A stretch of 64,000 nt of DNA from positions 3,684 through 67,683 of IMG/VR virus record IMGVR_UViG_3300046491_000313; one strand, 5' to 3'. Position 1 is the first letter of the stretch; the number at the start of each line of letters is the position of its first letter. Position numbers and translations under genes: made by a program. Below are positions 29,637 through 40,027 of the stretch, piece by piece. The DNA is from a virus. Below the pieces are notes generated by a model. The model did no database searches and was not told the DNA's origin. It saw only the letters and a program-made list of their open reading frames with translations.

Positions 29637-30700
29637 GTTAACGTCACCGTCCCAATAACAGGAACTTGCTCTTCTGTTACGGTAATATTCGATGTCCCAC
29701 CATTTACAGTTAACGTATCGTAATCTAGTACACTATCACATTGAAGGATTAACGCTGAGATATAATGGAATCGAACAAGTGTTTCATCAAAAGCAAGCGC
29801 TGCTAAATAATAACCAACACTTTCGTTAATTTCCGTTTGAGCTTGTGCAAGTGTACGACCTTCTTCTAAGATTAATTTCGCTGTAATATTAATCGGTACT
29901 TCAGCAGCCCCGACAACCGTAACTGACGCCCCAACAGGACGAACCGTTTCGATATAAGTCGCTACTTCCGTTACTTTTTCAGGAGTAGGCGATTGTTTTG
30001 TACTATCGATTACTACAACTTTAACCGTCCCATTTCCGTTAAATAACGGGAAGCATTTCGCATCACCGATACCATCAACTTCTTGCGCCCATTTAATATA
30101 GTCGTTTACGTTCCCGCTTGCTTGAGGCGATTGTAAAATTTCTAAATAGCGTTTTAATAAATCTTCGTCTGATTCAATCTCCGTACCTCCGTCAAAACCT
30201 TCAGGGTTCGTTACCGAAACAGTACCCGCTAAATCCCCGATTACAATCGTCGCTTTATCCATTGCGATATTTCCAAGAACACCAGCCGTTTGAGCTTCAG
30301 CAGGAACCGTTACTTTGCCCGTTGAATCAATCGTTGCTTCTTCAGTCGTTAAAAAGTAAACAGGTTTTACGTGATTAGTCGATACTTTCGTACCAAAAGG
30401 AATAAGTTTTCCTGCTGTACCTGTAAACTGTAACTTACCGATTGCTTTTGTCGCACTTTTACGAGTTAATCCCGCTTCACCCGCGCGCAAGTCTAAAAAC
30501 TCACCGTATGTCGATTGAGCGAACCCAAAGTTTAATACGTTTTGAAGTTCTAAATACGAGATAGCAAATTCAGCTGCAGCAGGAGCTACCATATCATACG
30601 CAACCGAACCTTCTCGCTTATCTACATCAGATGGAAGACGATCTAGCATTCGTTTTAAAATTGCTTGATACGTTTGATCCGTATATCGTTCTGTAGCCAT
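29633..30700 (-). CDS. baseplate J protein (XkdT-like)
   Basis: DKREGS, GLTRK.AT.A.G, GG.E.ESDE.L..R, GN..DY..WA. Confidence 0.9.
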   Translation of the reverse strand: MATERYTDQTYQAILKRMLDRLPSDVDKREGSVAYDMVAPAAAEFAISYLELQNVLNFGFAQSTYGEFLDLRAGEAGLTRKSATKAIGKLQFTGTAGKLIPFGTKVSTNHVKPVYFLTTEEATIDSTGKVTVPAEAQTAGVLGNIAMDKATIVIGDLAGTVSVTNPEGFDGGTEIESDEDLLKRYLEILQSPQASGNVNDYIKWAQEVDGIGDAKCFPLFNGNGTVKVVVIDSTKQSPTPEKVTEVATYIETVRPVGASVTVVGAAEVPINITAKLILEEGRTLAQAQTEINESVGYYLAALAFDETLVRFHYISALILQCDSVLDYDTLTVNGGTSNITVTEEQVPVIGTVTLT

Positions 30701-30701
30701 C

Positions 30702-31118
30702 TTATACGCTTACCTCCTCGATTAGTTCCACCCCATCAACGGTAGTAACTGTAAATGTAATATATAAATTCCCTTTTTCTTTTACGATTTCGAAATTGGT
30801 TACATCTTTAATTCTGTCATCGTAAACAAGTGATTCTTTAATAACACGAGGAATTTCTTGTTTTAATAGTTCAAGAGAAACATCATGCCCGATTAATTCT
30901 TCCAATTCGCAGCCGTATTCTGTCGAGTAAATCATGAAATGAAAACGAGCTGTACGGATCGCTTTTTGAATAAATTGACGTAATGCATCTTCTCCTTCGA
31001 TCATTTTGTTTGAAATAATTCCGTTATCAAAATCGAGGTAATACGTTTTAGAAGGATGAGACGTTCCTGTATCCCCTCCAATTTCAACGGTACCTGATTC
31101 AAGAGGCGTAAGTGCCAT
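30702..31118 (-). CDS. baseplate protein XkdS-like (DUF2634)
   Basis: AL.Q.I.KAI.T.R, IYS..YG.EL, E.L.YDDRI. Confidence 0.85.
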   Translation of the reverse strand: MALTPLESGTVEIGGDTGTSHPSKTYYLDFDNGIISNKMIEGEDALRQFIQKAIRTARFHFMIYSTEYGCELEELIGHDVSLELLKQEIPRVIKESLVYDDRIKDVTNFEIVKEKGNLYITFTVTTVDGVELIEEVSV

Positions 31119-31387
31119 TAAAACTTCACCGCCTTATCTATAATAAAAAACACGTTGTTATCCGACATGACAATCACTTTATCGCCAGCCGTTAACTTAT
31201 CGGATACACCGAACGCGACAAAACAATCTTGTTTATCGAGTTCTAATCCGCTTCTATCAAGTTCAATCAATAGCTCGGGAGGAGCTTTTTTGACTGTTCC
31301 GATTGTAATATCGACATCTTTGTTATAGCCGTGCTCTCTAATAATCTGCAACATTTGACTAAATCCATTACCTTCTAACTTCGCCAT
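31118..31387 (-). CDS. XkdR-like spike protein (DUF2577)
   Basis: IGTV...PP.L.I, L.AGD.V; synteny. Confidence 0.8.
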   Translation of the reverse strand: MAKLEGNGFSQMLQIIREHGYNKDVDITIGTVKKAPPELLIELDRSGLELDKQDCFVAFGVSDKLTAGDKVIVMSDNNVFFIIDKAVKF

Positions 31388-31398
31388 TTTACTCCTCC

Positions 31399-32652
31399 TT
31401 ATCCTACCCAGTTTTTAAAGTCTTTCCACCAAGAGCCCGCATACCCCGAACCTTCATCTAATGGATCTCCTGAACCTGATGAACCTGTATTTCCGCTTCC
31501 ACCTGATCCATCGCCCGATCCATCGCCTGAACCGTCACTACCAGATCCGCCTGAACCACTTGATCCACTCGAACCAGATGAACCACTTGAACCGCTAGAG
31601 CTTGAGTTACCTGCTTCATCACTAGGAGGTTCATACTCAATTTTCGGTAAATCGTCAGTAAGAGAAAGCGTTAAACTCATCGTATGTGAACCGTTTGAAA
31701 AGGTATGCGTATCAGCTGTCACGTAATAAGCACCTAACATATTTGTCATCGCTTGAGCGACATAAACCGTTTTACCACTTATAATATCTTCGATACCTAA
31801 CGCTTCTAGCGATAATTGTTCTTCGACTTTCCCATGTTCTTTTAACGCTTCTGCTGCTTTTTGGTTTAATGCGGATTGCGTCGTATCGTCACTCGATGTC
31901 TCTACTTGCGTCATAAGTCCGTACTTATTAATCAAGTCTGCATCGGAAGCTATAGCTGTTAGCGTTGTTGTCGTATCGCCACTTGACTTCTCATTAACGT
32001 ACACAATCTTTGTAAACATGTTTTCGATTGATTGCGAGAAACTTCCTCCTGTGATATTCGCGCCGTCTTCTAGAACCCATTTTACTAATTGCGTTTTACG
32101 TTCAAGTAGTTCGAGTTTTCCTACGTTATTTGAAATCATGAATGAACGACCATTTTGTTTTTTACTTTCAGTTAAAGCCGTTACCATCATATCCCAAACC
32201 GTTGCATTTTCGAAAATCATACTCGGAATATAGTAGCCAGTATCATCTACCGCACCGTGTGGAATTTCGAACTCCTCGCAAAGTTGAACAATAATATCAC
32301 TTGCTCTCATATTTCGATACTTCTTTTGGATAGCGCTATTTTTCGTTAAATAAATATTTGTATCGTAAGCCGTAACGGAAGAAGTTCCGTCATACGAAAT
32401 ATCATTCGAAAAAATAACTCCTCGAAATAGTGTCGTACCGTAGTTCTTTAGTACGACTTCGTTCCCATTTTTTATATTAATCGCTTTTGTACGTCCATTA
32501 ATCGTATTCTTTAGAGATAAACCCAATTGTCTCCCTGATTGCTGCGTATCACCCGACCAAGTTACGCTTGTGACGATAGGCGTAATATCGTACTGAGTTC
32601 CCCCGTCTCGATACCACACTTCTATTTTCGATTTACCAGAATAACTAGGCAC
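31399..32652 (-). CDS. baseplate hub protein XkdQ-like with Gly/Ser tail
   Basis: WSGD....R.L, F.G.IF, AYD...YL.KN, KYG.M, HTF..G.H.M.L.L. Confidence 0.85.
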   Translation of the reverse strand: MPSYSGKSKIEVWYRDGGTQYDITPIVTSVTWSGDTQQSGRQLGLSLKNTINGRTKAINIKNGNEVVLKNYGTTLFRGVIFSNDISYDGTSSVTAYDTNIYLTKNSAIQKKYRNMRASDIIVQLCEEFEIPHGAVDDTGYYIPSMIFENATVWDMMVTALTESKKQNGRSFMISNNVGKLELLERKTQLVKWVLEDGANITGGSFSQSIENMFTKIVYVNEKSSGDTTTTLTAIASDADLINKYGLMTQVETSSDDTTQSALNQKAAEALKEHGKVEEQLSLEALGIEDIISGKTVYVAQAMTNMLGAYYVTADTHTFSNGSHTMSLTLSLTDDLPKIEYEPPSDEAGNSSSSGSSGSSGSSGSSGSGGSGSDGSGDGSGDGSGGSGNTGSSGSGDPLDEGSGYAGSWWKDFKNWVG

Positions 32653-33301
32653 TTGGTATCACCAAAACTTGACCTGGTTTAATTAAGTTCGGATTCTTTC
32701 CTATTTTCGCAACGTTAGCGTCGTAAATCTTTTTCCACTTCGTCGCATCTCCGTATAAAGAACGAGCAATACCCCATAAACAATCATTCTTTTTTACGGT
32801 ATATGTCGAAGGTAATGAGGAAGAACCAGGGCGTTGTGTCGGAGAATCTCCAGGGTTTGTACTATCTGAAATTGTACGAAATGTTAAAAAGCGAAATTCT
32901 TTCAAAGTCATATCGAAATAAATATCTTCAGGACTACCAGCTCGTTCTTTTTCATAAGAGAAATCGCGAATGGTAACAGGTATATTAACATCTGTTCCCG
33001 TAATATTTAGTCGAATAGGTAGGCGCGTATCTCGCCATTTTTCAATTTGTTGGATTGCCGTTTGAGGATCAGGAATATTCGTATATTCACAAAAAGAAGA
33101 GTTGTAGTATTTAGGGAAAAAAGAAGAGAGGGATACTTCTTTAAGTCCTCTCTCTTTAATAATTTGAATTTCACCTAACTGAGAAACTTCAACATCTTCG
33201 AACCCAAACGGGCTAGTGATAGCTATCGTACTAGGGTTAACAGGAAGTTGAATTCGTTCTGTTCCATTATCATACGATAACCAAAACTCGACTCTACCCA
33301 T
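32645..33301 (-). CDS. LysM-containing tail initiator (XkdP-like)
   Basis: LPVNP, SSFFP, LKEFR, YTVKKNDCLWGIA...NPNLI.PGQ. Confidence 0.88.
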   Translation of the reverse strand: MGRVEFWLSYDNGTERIQLPVNPSTIAITSPFGFEDVEVSQLGEIQIIKERGLKEVSLSSFFPKYYNSSFCEYTNIPDPQTAIQQIEKWRDTRLPIRLNITGTDVNIPVTIRDFSYEKERAGSPEDIYFDMTLKEFRFLTFRTISDSTNPGDSPTQRPGSSSLPSTYTVKKNDCLWGIARSLYGDATKWKKIYDANVAKIGKNPNLIKPGQVLVIPSA

Positions 33302-33315
33302 TTGTATTCACTCCT

Positions 33316-35847
33316 TTATGCACCGTTATTTGCCGCACGATTTACCTCGCGAGCAAACGCAGCAGCAAATTTGTCGATGTCTGCATCTTCTCTGATGATG
33401 ATTGTTCCTGCTAATGAACCGATGTTCACGCCGCCTCCGTAACTTCCAGAGTACTTCCAATCGCTATAGTCTTTATTTTCTTGAGCGGTTAGTACGCGTT
33501 CGCCTTTATGAAGCGTCGCTTGGTATCCATCAAAAGGAATACTAGCGCGTCCGAATCGGTGAGAACCGTCCGTTTTACTTTTTACTTTCGTGCTGGCGTC
33601 GTCTAATGAAGGTTTACTAGCGTTAACAAGACCAATTTTTTCAAGAACATCTTGCGCTTTCGATAACATTCCGCTTAGGAAACCCGTTACTTTTTCATAA
33701 GCGCTTTGGAACGGAGCAGTAATCTTGCTAGTTAACCCAGCCCATGTTTTTCCAAAAACGTCTAACATTCCTGTTGAAAAATCGAGTGCGTTCGTGATTA
33801 AATCATTGAACAATCCGCCAAGATTCTCATACATGTCATTTCCCCATTTACCTAAAGAGTCGAAAACTGTCGAGAAAAATCGAGCGAAACCGCCAATCAT
33901 ATTATCAACAAACCCAGTAACTATCGACCATAATCCGCTGAAAAATCCGCTCCAATCTCCGTTAAATAACGCACCCCAAGCATCAAAAATTCCTGAAATT
34001 ACGTCAGTTATCGTTTTAAAGGCGTTTTCTATTGTTACAGCCAAAATAGGTAGTAAATCGACAAAAGTATCCCACAAAGAATCACCGAGGAAACCTAAAA
34101 TCGAGAATACTCCGCTTATCGCATTTGTAACGTTTAAAACCATCATATCAAGTGCGCCTTTAGCTACAGTAGTCACGTTAGACCACATATCGCTCCAGCT
34201 TTTTTGCTTTTCTGGATTAGAAAGATGATCCATCATTCGGTCCCATGTATCAGTAATATACTTTGTAAAATCATTCCAAATCGGAGAAACGTCTTCACCC
34301 ATTTTTTGAAAAATTTCTTTCAGTCTATCTTTTACAGGTCCTAGCTTTTCGTTAAATGCCTTAGCCCACGCTTCTACTTTTTCTTTGTTATCTGCTAACC
34401 AGAAACCAACTTCGATAAGAATCGAAATAATTAATCCCCAACCTGTACCTGCGAATAACTTAGAAACAGAACGAAGACCAGCTTTTGAGAATACACGTAG
34501 GAATTTCGCTACTTTACCTTCGGCGAATGCATAACGAAGTAATCCTCCCCACTTTTTCATTCTCGCTAACATCGCTCCACCAAAGATAAACGCCATTGGT
34601 CCAACCATTCGTTTGAACATGACGTCAAGCCCTAGTTTTTTACCTAGTCCTTTAAATCCTTTAAGTACGAGTAATGTCGCAAGGAAAGGAGCTAATACTT
34701 GCCATACTTTACCTACCGCTGTATCAGTGTCGCCTAATTGTTTATTGAAATCTTTTAAAACAGGAATAAAGTGCGTACTAATGAATTTCCAGATTTCTTT
34801 CATAAGGTCTCGCCAATCTTTTAATCTACCTACGAAAGGAGTTAACGTTTTCCGCATATCGTTAATAAACTCTTTAAACGAAGAGCCTGTTAACCAATCA
34901 TTAACGTCTTTTCCTAAGTCGATAAAACCGTTGATGATGTAAGCTAATCGTTTACCCCACGTTTTAGCGATTTTATCCATACGTTCAGGCGTAAACCATT
35001 TATTAACTTCTCCTAACGCTGGTTTTAAATATTTAAGCGTATAGTCACCCATTTTCATAAGCGCCGTTTTCGATTTATTCTTGATTTGCGTCCATAAACC
35101 GACAGATGTCGCCATTTGACGATTGATAAACTCTTGTGTTGCACCACGGTCTTCTAACGCTTTATTTACTACGAATAAGTTCTTTTGTTTTCCTGTTAAA
35201 CCTAATGCATCGGCTTCTTCACGCGCTTGTCGGATAACGGCTTTGTTTAACTCGAAACGTTCTTGTAATGAACGGAATGCGTCCATTGAATCGTCAGACA
35301 TTGCCTCACGCATCGCATACGCCGCACCTTGGATCCCTTGTTCAGGATCGAGCGTAGCTAATCGTTCAACTTGTCCTACCGCTTCTTTAAATCCGTCGAT
35401 ATTATCTTTAAACGTAGAAGCCATACCTTGACCTGCAGCGTAGAAATCTTCAAGCGTAAACATCGATTTTAACTGCTTTGATTCTAAGAAGTCGGTTGCT
35501 TCTTTTGTGATTTCTTTTGTTGGGAATATCGCGCTCATCGCACTTTGAGAGAACTCTTTACGAGCTGCTGCTCCAACGGTTGCATCAAGCAATTTCGCAA
35601 CTGCTGCCGCTCCACCGATCGCCGTAGCTAACGTACCAAACATTTTAATGGAATCACTTAAACCGAAATTCATTTTATGAACTGATGTCGTCAACTTACT
35701 AGATTCTGTCGCAAACTGACCCATTCTATTTCGCGTACGATCCGTTGTACGTTGTAAACTCGTCATTCGGTTATTTAATTGCCCGAGCTGATTCATACCT
35801 TGTACACGAACCATAATACGCGCCATCAAGTTCAAACTATTCGCCAT
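33316..35847 (-). CDS. tape measure protein
   Basis: Helical Trp/Phe repeats; C-terminal DGSH..G...PFDGY.A.LHKGERVLT. Confidence 0.9.
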   Translation of the reverse strand: MANSLNLMARIMVRVQGMNQLGQLNNRMTSLQRTTDRTRNRMGQFATESSKLTTSVHKMNFGLSDSIKMFGTLATAIGGAAAVAKLLDATVGAAARKEFSQSAMSAIFPTKEITKEATDFLESKQLKSMFTLEDFYAAGQGMASTFKDNIDGFKEAVGQVERLATLDPEQGIQGAAYAMREAMSDDSMDAFRSLQERFELNKAVIRQAREEADALGLTGKQKNLFVVNKALEDRGATQEFINRQMATSVGLWTQIKNKSKTALMKMGDYTLKYLKPALGEVNKWFTPERMDKIAKTWGKRLAYIINGFIDLGKDVNDWLTGSSFKEFINDMRKTLTPFVGRLKDWRDLMKEIWKFISTHFIPVLKDFNKQLGDTDTAVGKVWQVLAPFLATLLVLKGFKGLGKKLGLDVMFKRMVGPMAFIFGGAMLARMKKWGGLLRYAFAEGKVAKFLRVFSKAGLRSVSKLFAGTGWGLIISILIEVGFWLADNKEKVEAWAKAFNEKLGPVKDRLKEIFQKMGEDVSPIWNDFTKYITDTWDRMMDHLSNPEKQKSWSDMWSNVTTVAKGALDMMVLNVTNAISGVFSILGFLGDSLWDTFVDLLPILAVTIENAFKTITDVISGIFDAWGALFNGDWSGFFSGLWSIVTGFVDNMIGGFARFFSTVFDSLGKWGNDMYENLGGLFNDLITNALDFSTGMLDVFGKTWAGLTSKITAPFQSAYEKVTGFLSGMLSKAQDVLEKIGLVNASKPSLDDASTKVKSKTDGSHRFGRASIPFDGYQATLHKGERVLTAQENKDYSDWKYSGSYGGGVNIGSLAGTIIIREDADIDKFAAAFAREVNRAANNGA

Positions 35848-35874
35848 AAGTATATCCCTCCCCCTTGTTTACTG

Positions 35875-36108
35875 TTAGTTTCCGCTTCCCATTCGGTTCG
35901 ACAAGTCTTTTAACGAAGCGCCTTCGAGCAAATTCGTTCTACCCTTGTTCGCTTTTTTATTCGCTTTATCTTCTTCTTCAAAACGTAATAACATACTCGC
36001 ATACGCGACTTTTCGGGAATAAGGATCCCAACTAAGTACGGTATGAGGCGGAATATGATGAAGTTGAAATATTGCGTGGAGGAGCGACAGTTCGCCGCCC
36101 TCCTTCAT
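35875..36108 (-). CDS. tail assembly chaperone, -1 frameshift extension
   Basis: In the -1 frame directly after slippery A AAA AAC (36117-36111). Confidence 0.7.
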   Translation of the reverse strand: MKEGGELSLLHAIFQLHHIPPHTVLSWDPYSRKVAYASMLLRFEEEDKANKKANKGRTNLLEGASLKDLSNRMGSGN

Positions 36109-36506
36109 TAGTTTTTTATTTCGTCTTCTTCATCATAGAAACCCGATAGATCAAGGATTTCGTTTGTTAATCTTGCAAGTTCACCCGCAAGTAAACGTTT
36201 TTGAATGATATCAGCTGTTGTCGGACATTCAGGATAACGTTCTTTTAATTCTTTTGCGTTCCAGTTCGGATTAACGCAACCTTTTTCGATGATTAACGAT
36301 TGAAACTTTTGCTCGTCAAGGATCTTTTCTCTGTTTTTACCTTTACCTTGAAAGAATGTTGCTTGATTCTGGATAGAGTTGATTAACGCGCCATCTAACG
36401 CTTTGATCGTAAAATCTACACCAAATCGTTTCATTGTTATATCTTGTTCTAATTTATCGTCAACTGCTAAAAGAGCTGCTAATACATCGTTTTGATTTTT
36501 TGCCAT
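36108..36506 (-). CDS. tail assembly chaperone (XkdN-like)
   Basis: FTIKAL, V.PNW...EL, LLAGE, LSGF, ends IKN. Confidence 0.85.
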   Translation of the reverse strand: MAKNQNDVLAALLAVDDKLEQDITMKRFGVDFTIKALDGALINSIQNQATFFQGKGKNREKILDEQKFQSLIIEKGCVNPNWNAKELKERYPECPTTADIIQKRLLAGELARLTNEILDLSGFYDEEDEIKN

Positions 36507-36608
36507 TACACACGACCTCCAAAGTCAAATTAATATTTTTTTTATTTTTTTAGTGTTTTTTACAAAAATAAAAAGAGCAGAGGGATTAACCCTCGCCCTT
36601 CTTACTTA

Positions 36609-36928
36609 TTAAGGAGTAGCGTTTGTGTCTCCATGAATTGCGTCAACGATTTCGAATCCGCTAAACTGGAACTCCCACTCTTCCTCAACTAGGGAGCCCA
36701 CTTCGAAATTCATTACAGGAATACCCGTAAATTGGACCCCTTTCAATCTGACGCGATAAACTTCAGCATTATATGCCTCAGGATCTGCGATCTTCGCCAT
36801 GATTTCGCAAACGTAAGGTTTACCTGTGTCAGACATGATTGAACCTACTTGCTCGATTAATTCAGAAGATACGCGGTACCCTGAAATCGAACCTGAACCT
36901 GTTAATGAAGTGGTTTTGTATCCAATCC
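36609..36928 (-). CDS. tail tube protein (XkdM-like), exon 2
   Basis: (W)IGYKTTSLTGSGSISGYRVSS...DPEA...L.GV.F...VEEE..F. Confidence 0.9.
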
Positions 36929-37169
36929 CAAATTTGTTATCGCTAGGCTTTTTATCCTAACTTCTACTAGTCGCCTAGTAGTTCGGCGTACATTTTATTC
37001 CTGTAAGGAATTCGGACACTCTTGGGAGAATTATCGCTTCCATAACGCTCATCTCCTACGCTCTACAATGCTAGCGGTCTGCTAGTTATCTCGGAGTTGT
37101 CTTCGTGAGATTTTCTCCGATTTTGCCCGATTATCATTAGTAAATTACTCTACTAAGCGGCAGATGTTT
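36929..37169 (-). ncRNA. group I intron in tail tube gene (241 nt, ORF-less)
   Basis: P1 CGGU/GCCG; variant P7 GCGUA/UACGC; terminal G; splits a T|GG Trp codon; spliced protein 152 aa. Confidence 0.88.
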
Positions 37170-37308
37170 ACCGTGTTCCACTTCGTTGAACTTCTTCAGT
37201 ATTGATTTCTACTTTTGCTTCGATAGACGTGATGTTTGTCAACCAAACTCCGTCCATCCAAACTTCTCCAAACGACCCATTGAGTACGCGAGTTGCGTCC
37301 ATTGCCAT
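37170..37308 (-). CDS. tail tube protein (XkdM-like), exon 1 (missed by ORF track)
   Basis: MAMDATRVLNGSFGEVWMDGVWLTNITSIEAKVEINTEEVQRSGTR with GAGGGG RBS. Confidence 0.9.
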
Positions 37309-37334
37309 GTTATATTACCCCCTCGGATTAGTTA

Positions 37335-38390
37335 TTACAGATTAATAGAAAGTAAGATACGTTCTACAGAATCGATATCGTCATACGCTACGTCTAAGAA
37401 GATTGAATCTCCCGTAGAAGCAGTTGCATCAAGCGCTACTTCGATGTTTGTTAGAACGTTGTTCGCTTCTAACTCTTCTAGATACGCTTTAATCGCTGCA
37501 GATAACGCTTTTTGTCCGTCTGCGTTGTTGTTGATTTTACCAACGTAGCTATCCTCACCTGTACGCTGAATATCAGTCGCAACGGCTTGTCTAGTTTTCA
37601 CAGAACGGATTTTCTTACCGCTAGTTGCTAAACCTTGAACGATTTTTACTTTTTGTCCGTCGTGTACGAATACTAACGAACCTGCTAGTAAAGCGTCGTT
37701 TACTTGTGTGTTTGTTAAACGTAAAGTCACATCGTCAACAGGTAAAACTGTGTACGTAAGTGAACGGTTTAACGCAACACTTGCTACAACACCCGCGATA
37801 AACGGAGCATAAGCAGAACTTGTATATTCAACACCCGAAATTTCAACGCCGTTAATCAAGTTAATGATGTAGTCGTCAGAGTTTAGTGTTGTTCTTGCGT
37901 TACCTAATGCTGGGTCTGCGTCAGTAGTAGCGTCTCCACCTAATACAACGGAGAAGTGTTTACCAATTTCACGTTGAGCTTTTACCCATACAAGCGTTTC
38001 GTCATGTTGAGGAATCATCTCACCGTCAAATACGAATACATCAAACGGACGAGCATCGAATGCAGCGCGTGCTTTGTTGTACACTTCTGCTTCAGTCGGA
38101 CCATTTGTTGCGTCGATTGTAGCTAACGTGTAAACAAGAACTTTACTCGCTCCACCTTGTAAAGCGAATTTAATCGACTGAGTATTGTCAGCTCCGAAAA
38201 GTTCGATAGCTGCGTTTTCGTTATCGATTTCATACACCTTATCTGCTACTGCTGTTCCGCTGAATGTTTTTAAAGGAATCGCTACGATACCGCGTGTTCC
38301 GCCAACAATCTTTTCTTTTGCAGTTTCTACGAAGTTAATATATAACCCTGGTGTTTTAGGCGGGTTATTTACGTCCCAATTTCCTGCCAT
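37335..38390 (-). CDS. tail sheath protein
   Basis: PGLYINF, AG..A....NRSLTY, YVGKINN..DG, D..ERI. Confidence 0.9.
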   Translation of the reverse strand: MAGNWDVNNPPKTPGLYINFVETAKEKIVGGTRGIVAIPLKTFSGTAVADKVYEIDNENAAIELFGADNTQSIKFALQGGASKVLVYTLATIDATNGPTEAEVYNKARAAFDARPFDVFVFDGEMIPQHDETLVWVKAQREIGKHFSVVLGGDATTDADPALGNARTTLNSDDYIINLINGVEISGVEYTSSAYAPFIAGVVASVALNRSLTYTVLPVDDVTLRLTNTQVNDALLAGSLVFVHDGQKVKIVQGLATSGKKIRSVKTRQAVATDIQRTGEDSYVGKINNNADGQKALSAAIKAYLEELEANNVLTNIEVALDATASTGDSIFLDVAYDDIDSVERILLSINL

Positions 38391-38407
38391 ATCTTCATTA
38401 CCTCCTG

Positions 38408-38860
38408 TTATTTAATCACTGTCGAAACACTCATAATCTTATCGAATGTATCTTGAGAACGCGCTTCACGAGTTTCTGTAACAAGTACACCCATGATAGC
38501 GTCTATTTTATTTTCAGTTTGAAAAGGTTCGGAAATTGCGAAAGTATTAATCCGAATGTATCTCAAACTGTCCTTTATCGGTATCACAATTCGAGCATCT
38601 AATAACGTTTTTGAAAGCTTATCCATTTGATCGAGTACATCTAACGTACTTTCTCCGAAATAAGCAAACTGCCATTCTCGTTCTAATTTCGTATGGAAAC
38701 GAGTTTCAGTCGTTCTTATTTCATTGTGAAAAGATACGACGAAAAGATTCGGGGAAACGTCATCAGGAATATTTTGTCTTTCGAACGTTGCTGTAGGGAA
38801 AATGTTTTGAATGAACAAAACGACACTTTCAAGCTCATTTGAAATACTCATGATTACCAC
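38408..38860 (-). CDS. tail terminator / completion protein
   Basis: Synteny and size. Confidence 0.65.
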   Translation of the reverse strand: MVIMSISNELESVVLFIQNIFPTATFERQNIPDDVSPNLFVVSFHNEIRTTETRFHTKLEREWQFAYFGESTLDVLDQMDKLSKTLLDARIVIPIKDSLRYIRINTFAISEPFQTENKIDAIMGVLVTETREARSQDTFDKIMSVSTVIK

Positions 38861-39300
38861 CCCGCCCCTCTTAATTCGCGTAATATCTCTTGTTCAATAA
38901 CGTTAAGGTATTTCCGTTGGTTCGCTGTATTTTCAATAAAAGCTTTTTCTAAATAGTAAGGCGAAGTTCCTGGTGTTGTTGGCTTATCATACGTTCTTTT
39001 TGGGAAGGCAGCTGCATGAAAATACGCATAATCGAATCCTTTATCATTTCTTGCTTTGGAGCGTAGAGTACCTTTTACTTCACCTTTACGAGAAAGATTT
39101 CCCGTAATAATACTATCGGGACGAATCCCTTTACGAAGTTCGCCTGTGTCTTTTGGAGCGACTTCACGCGCATCATCACGCATGAGTTTAAGCGCTTCTC
39201 TAACACCGTTTTTAGCTCCTTCGTCCATCGCTTGAGGTAAAAGCCTTAATGCAAGTTGGAAACGATCAATTCCGCCTATATCGACTGACATACTGATCAT
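38854..39300 (-). CDS. HK97 gp10-like neck protein
   Basis: APKDTGELR, DYAY, YLEKA. Confidence 0.8.
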   Translation of the reverse strand: MISMSVDIGGIDRFQLALRLLPQAMDEGAKNGVREALKLMRDDAREVAPKDTGELRKGIRPDSIITGNLSRKGEVKGTLRSKARNDKGFDYAYFHAAAFPKRTYDKPTTPGTSPYYLEKAFIENTANQRKYLNVIEQEILRELRGAGW

Positions 39301-39626
39301 ACTAACACCACCGTGAACATAGGTTTTCCGTTTAACCAACGAATCACGTCAATGTTTCTCGGTTCAAACGAGTGAACAATTCCGTGTTCATCTGTGAATT
39401 CTAATCGGTCTTCTAACGTAATTTCGGGATACTTGTCGAAGATAAACTTTCCGTTTAAAACTAAGTCGTTCATGTTGTATCGTAAGCTTTCTTCCCTGTC
39501 GATTCCTTCTTGATAACGGCATTTAAGCGTCATAGAAGGCGTTTTTCCGACTGTTTTATGCCCCCAACCATCAGAAACTTGTTTTTTATATACATCAACG
39601 GATTGCTTTAAAGGAATAACTGCCAT
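39297..39626 (-). CDS. head closure protein
   Basis: Synteny; DGWG, KCR. Confidence 0.65.
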   Translation of the reverse strand: MAVIPLKQSVDVYKKQVSDGWGHKTVGKTPSMTLKCRYQEGIDREESLRYNMNDLVLNGKFIFDKYPEITLEDRLEFTDEHGIVHSFEPRNIDVIRWLNGKPMFTVVLV

Positions 39627-40013
39627 TTAAAGCACCGTATCCGTTACGACTTTTCCCGTTAATTTAACATCGTTTGCTTTACCGATTAATTCTTTTGCTG
39701 TTCGTGGGATTAAATCGTATATATCGTTTGTTTCGCCTTGTTTGAACGTGAAAGAAGCTACGCCTGTAATACCGAAACTAGCGACACCATACTGTTGCAT
39801 TTTGTTTGTATCATTGAAAAACACAGCTAATACAGCAGAAAATTCGAAAATAGCTTCGTGTGGAATTGTGTAGTCAGGATATGTTTCTCCTAGTACGCGT
39901 TCTGCGACATTTAGTAATCTTCGCTTTTTACTGTCGTCGGAATCTTGCCAATCTTCAATATCAATTATTTGGTTTTCCATATAGTAATCAGCTTCTGATA
40001 ACAATATCGTCAC
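39627..40013 (-). CDS. head-tail connector
   Basis: EADYY..., GVASF; synteny. Confidence 0.7.
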   Translation of the reverse strand: MTILLSEADYYMENQIIDIEDWQDSDDSKKRRLLNVAERVLGETYPDYTIPHEAIFEFSAVLAVFFNDTNKMQQYGVASFGITGVASFTFKQGETNDIYDLIPRTAKELIGKANDVKLTGKVVTDTVL

Positions 40014-40027
40014 GACTAATCACCCCT

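Noticed and set aside
33725-35431. Plus-strand ORFs within tape measure and other minus-strand genes (e.g. 28690-29193, 41679-42152, 37186-37548)
   Set aside because: Antisense shadows of well-supported genes
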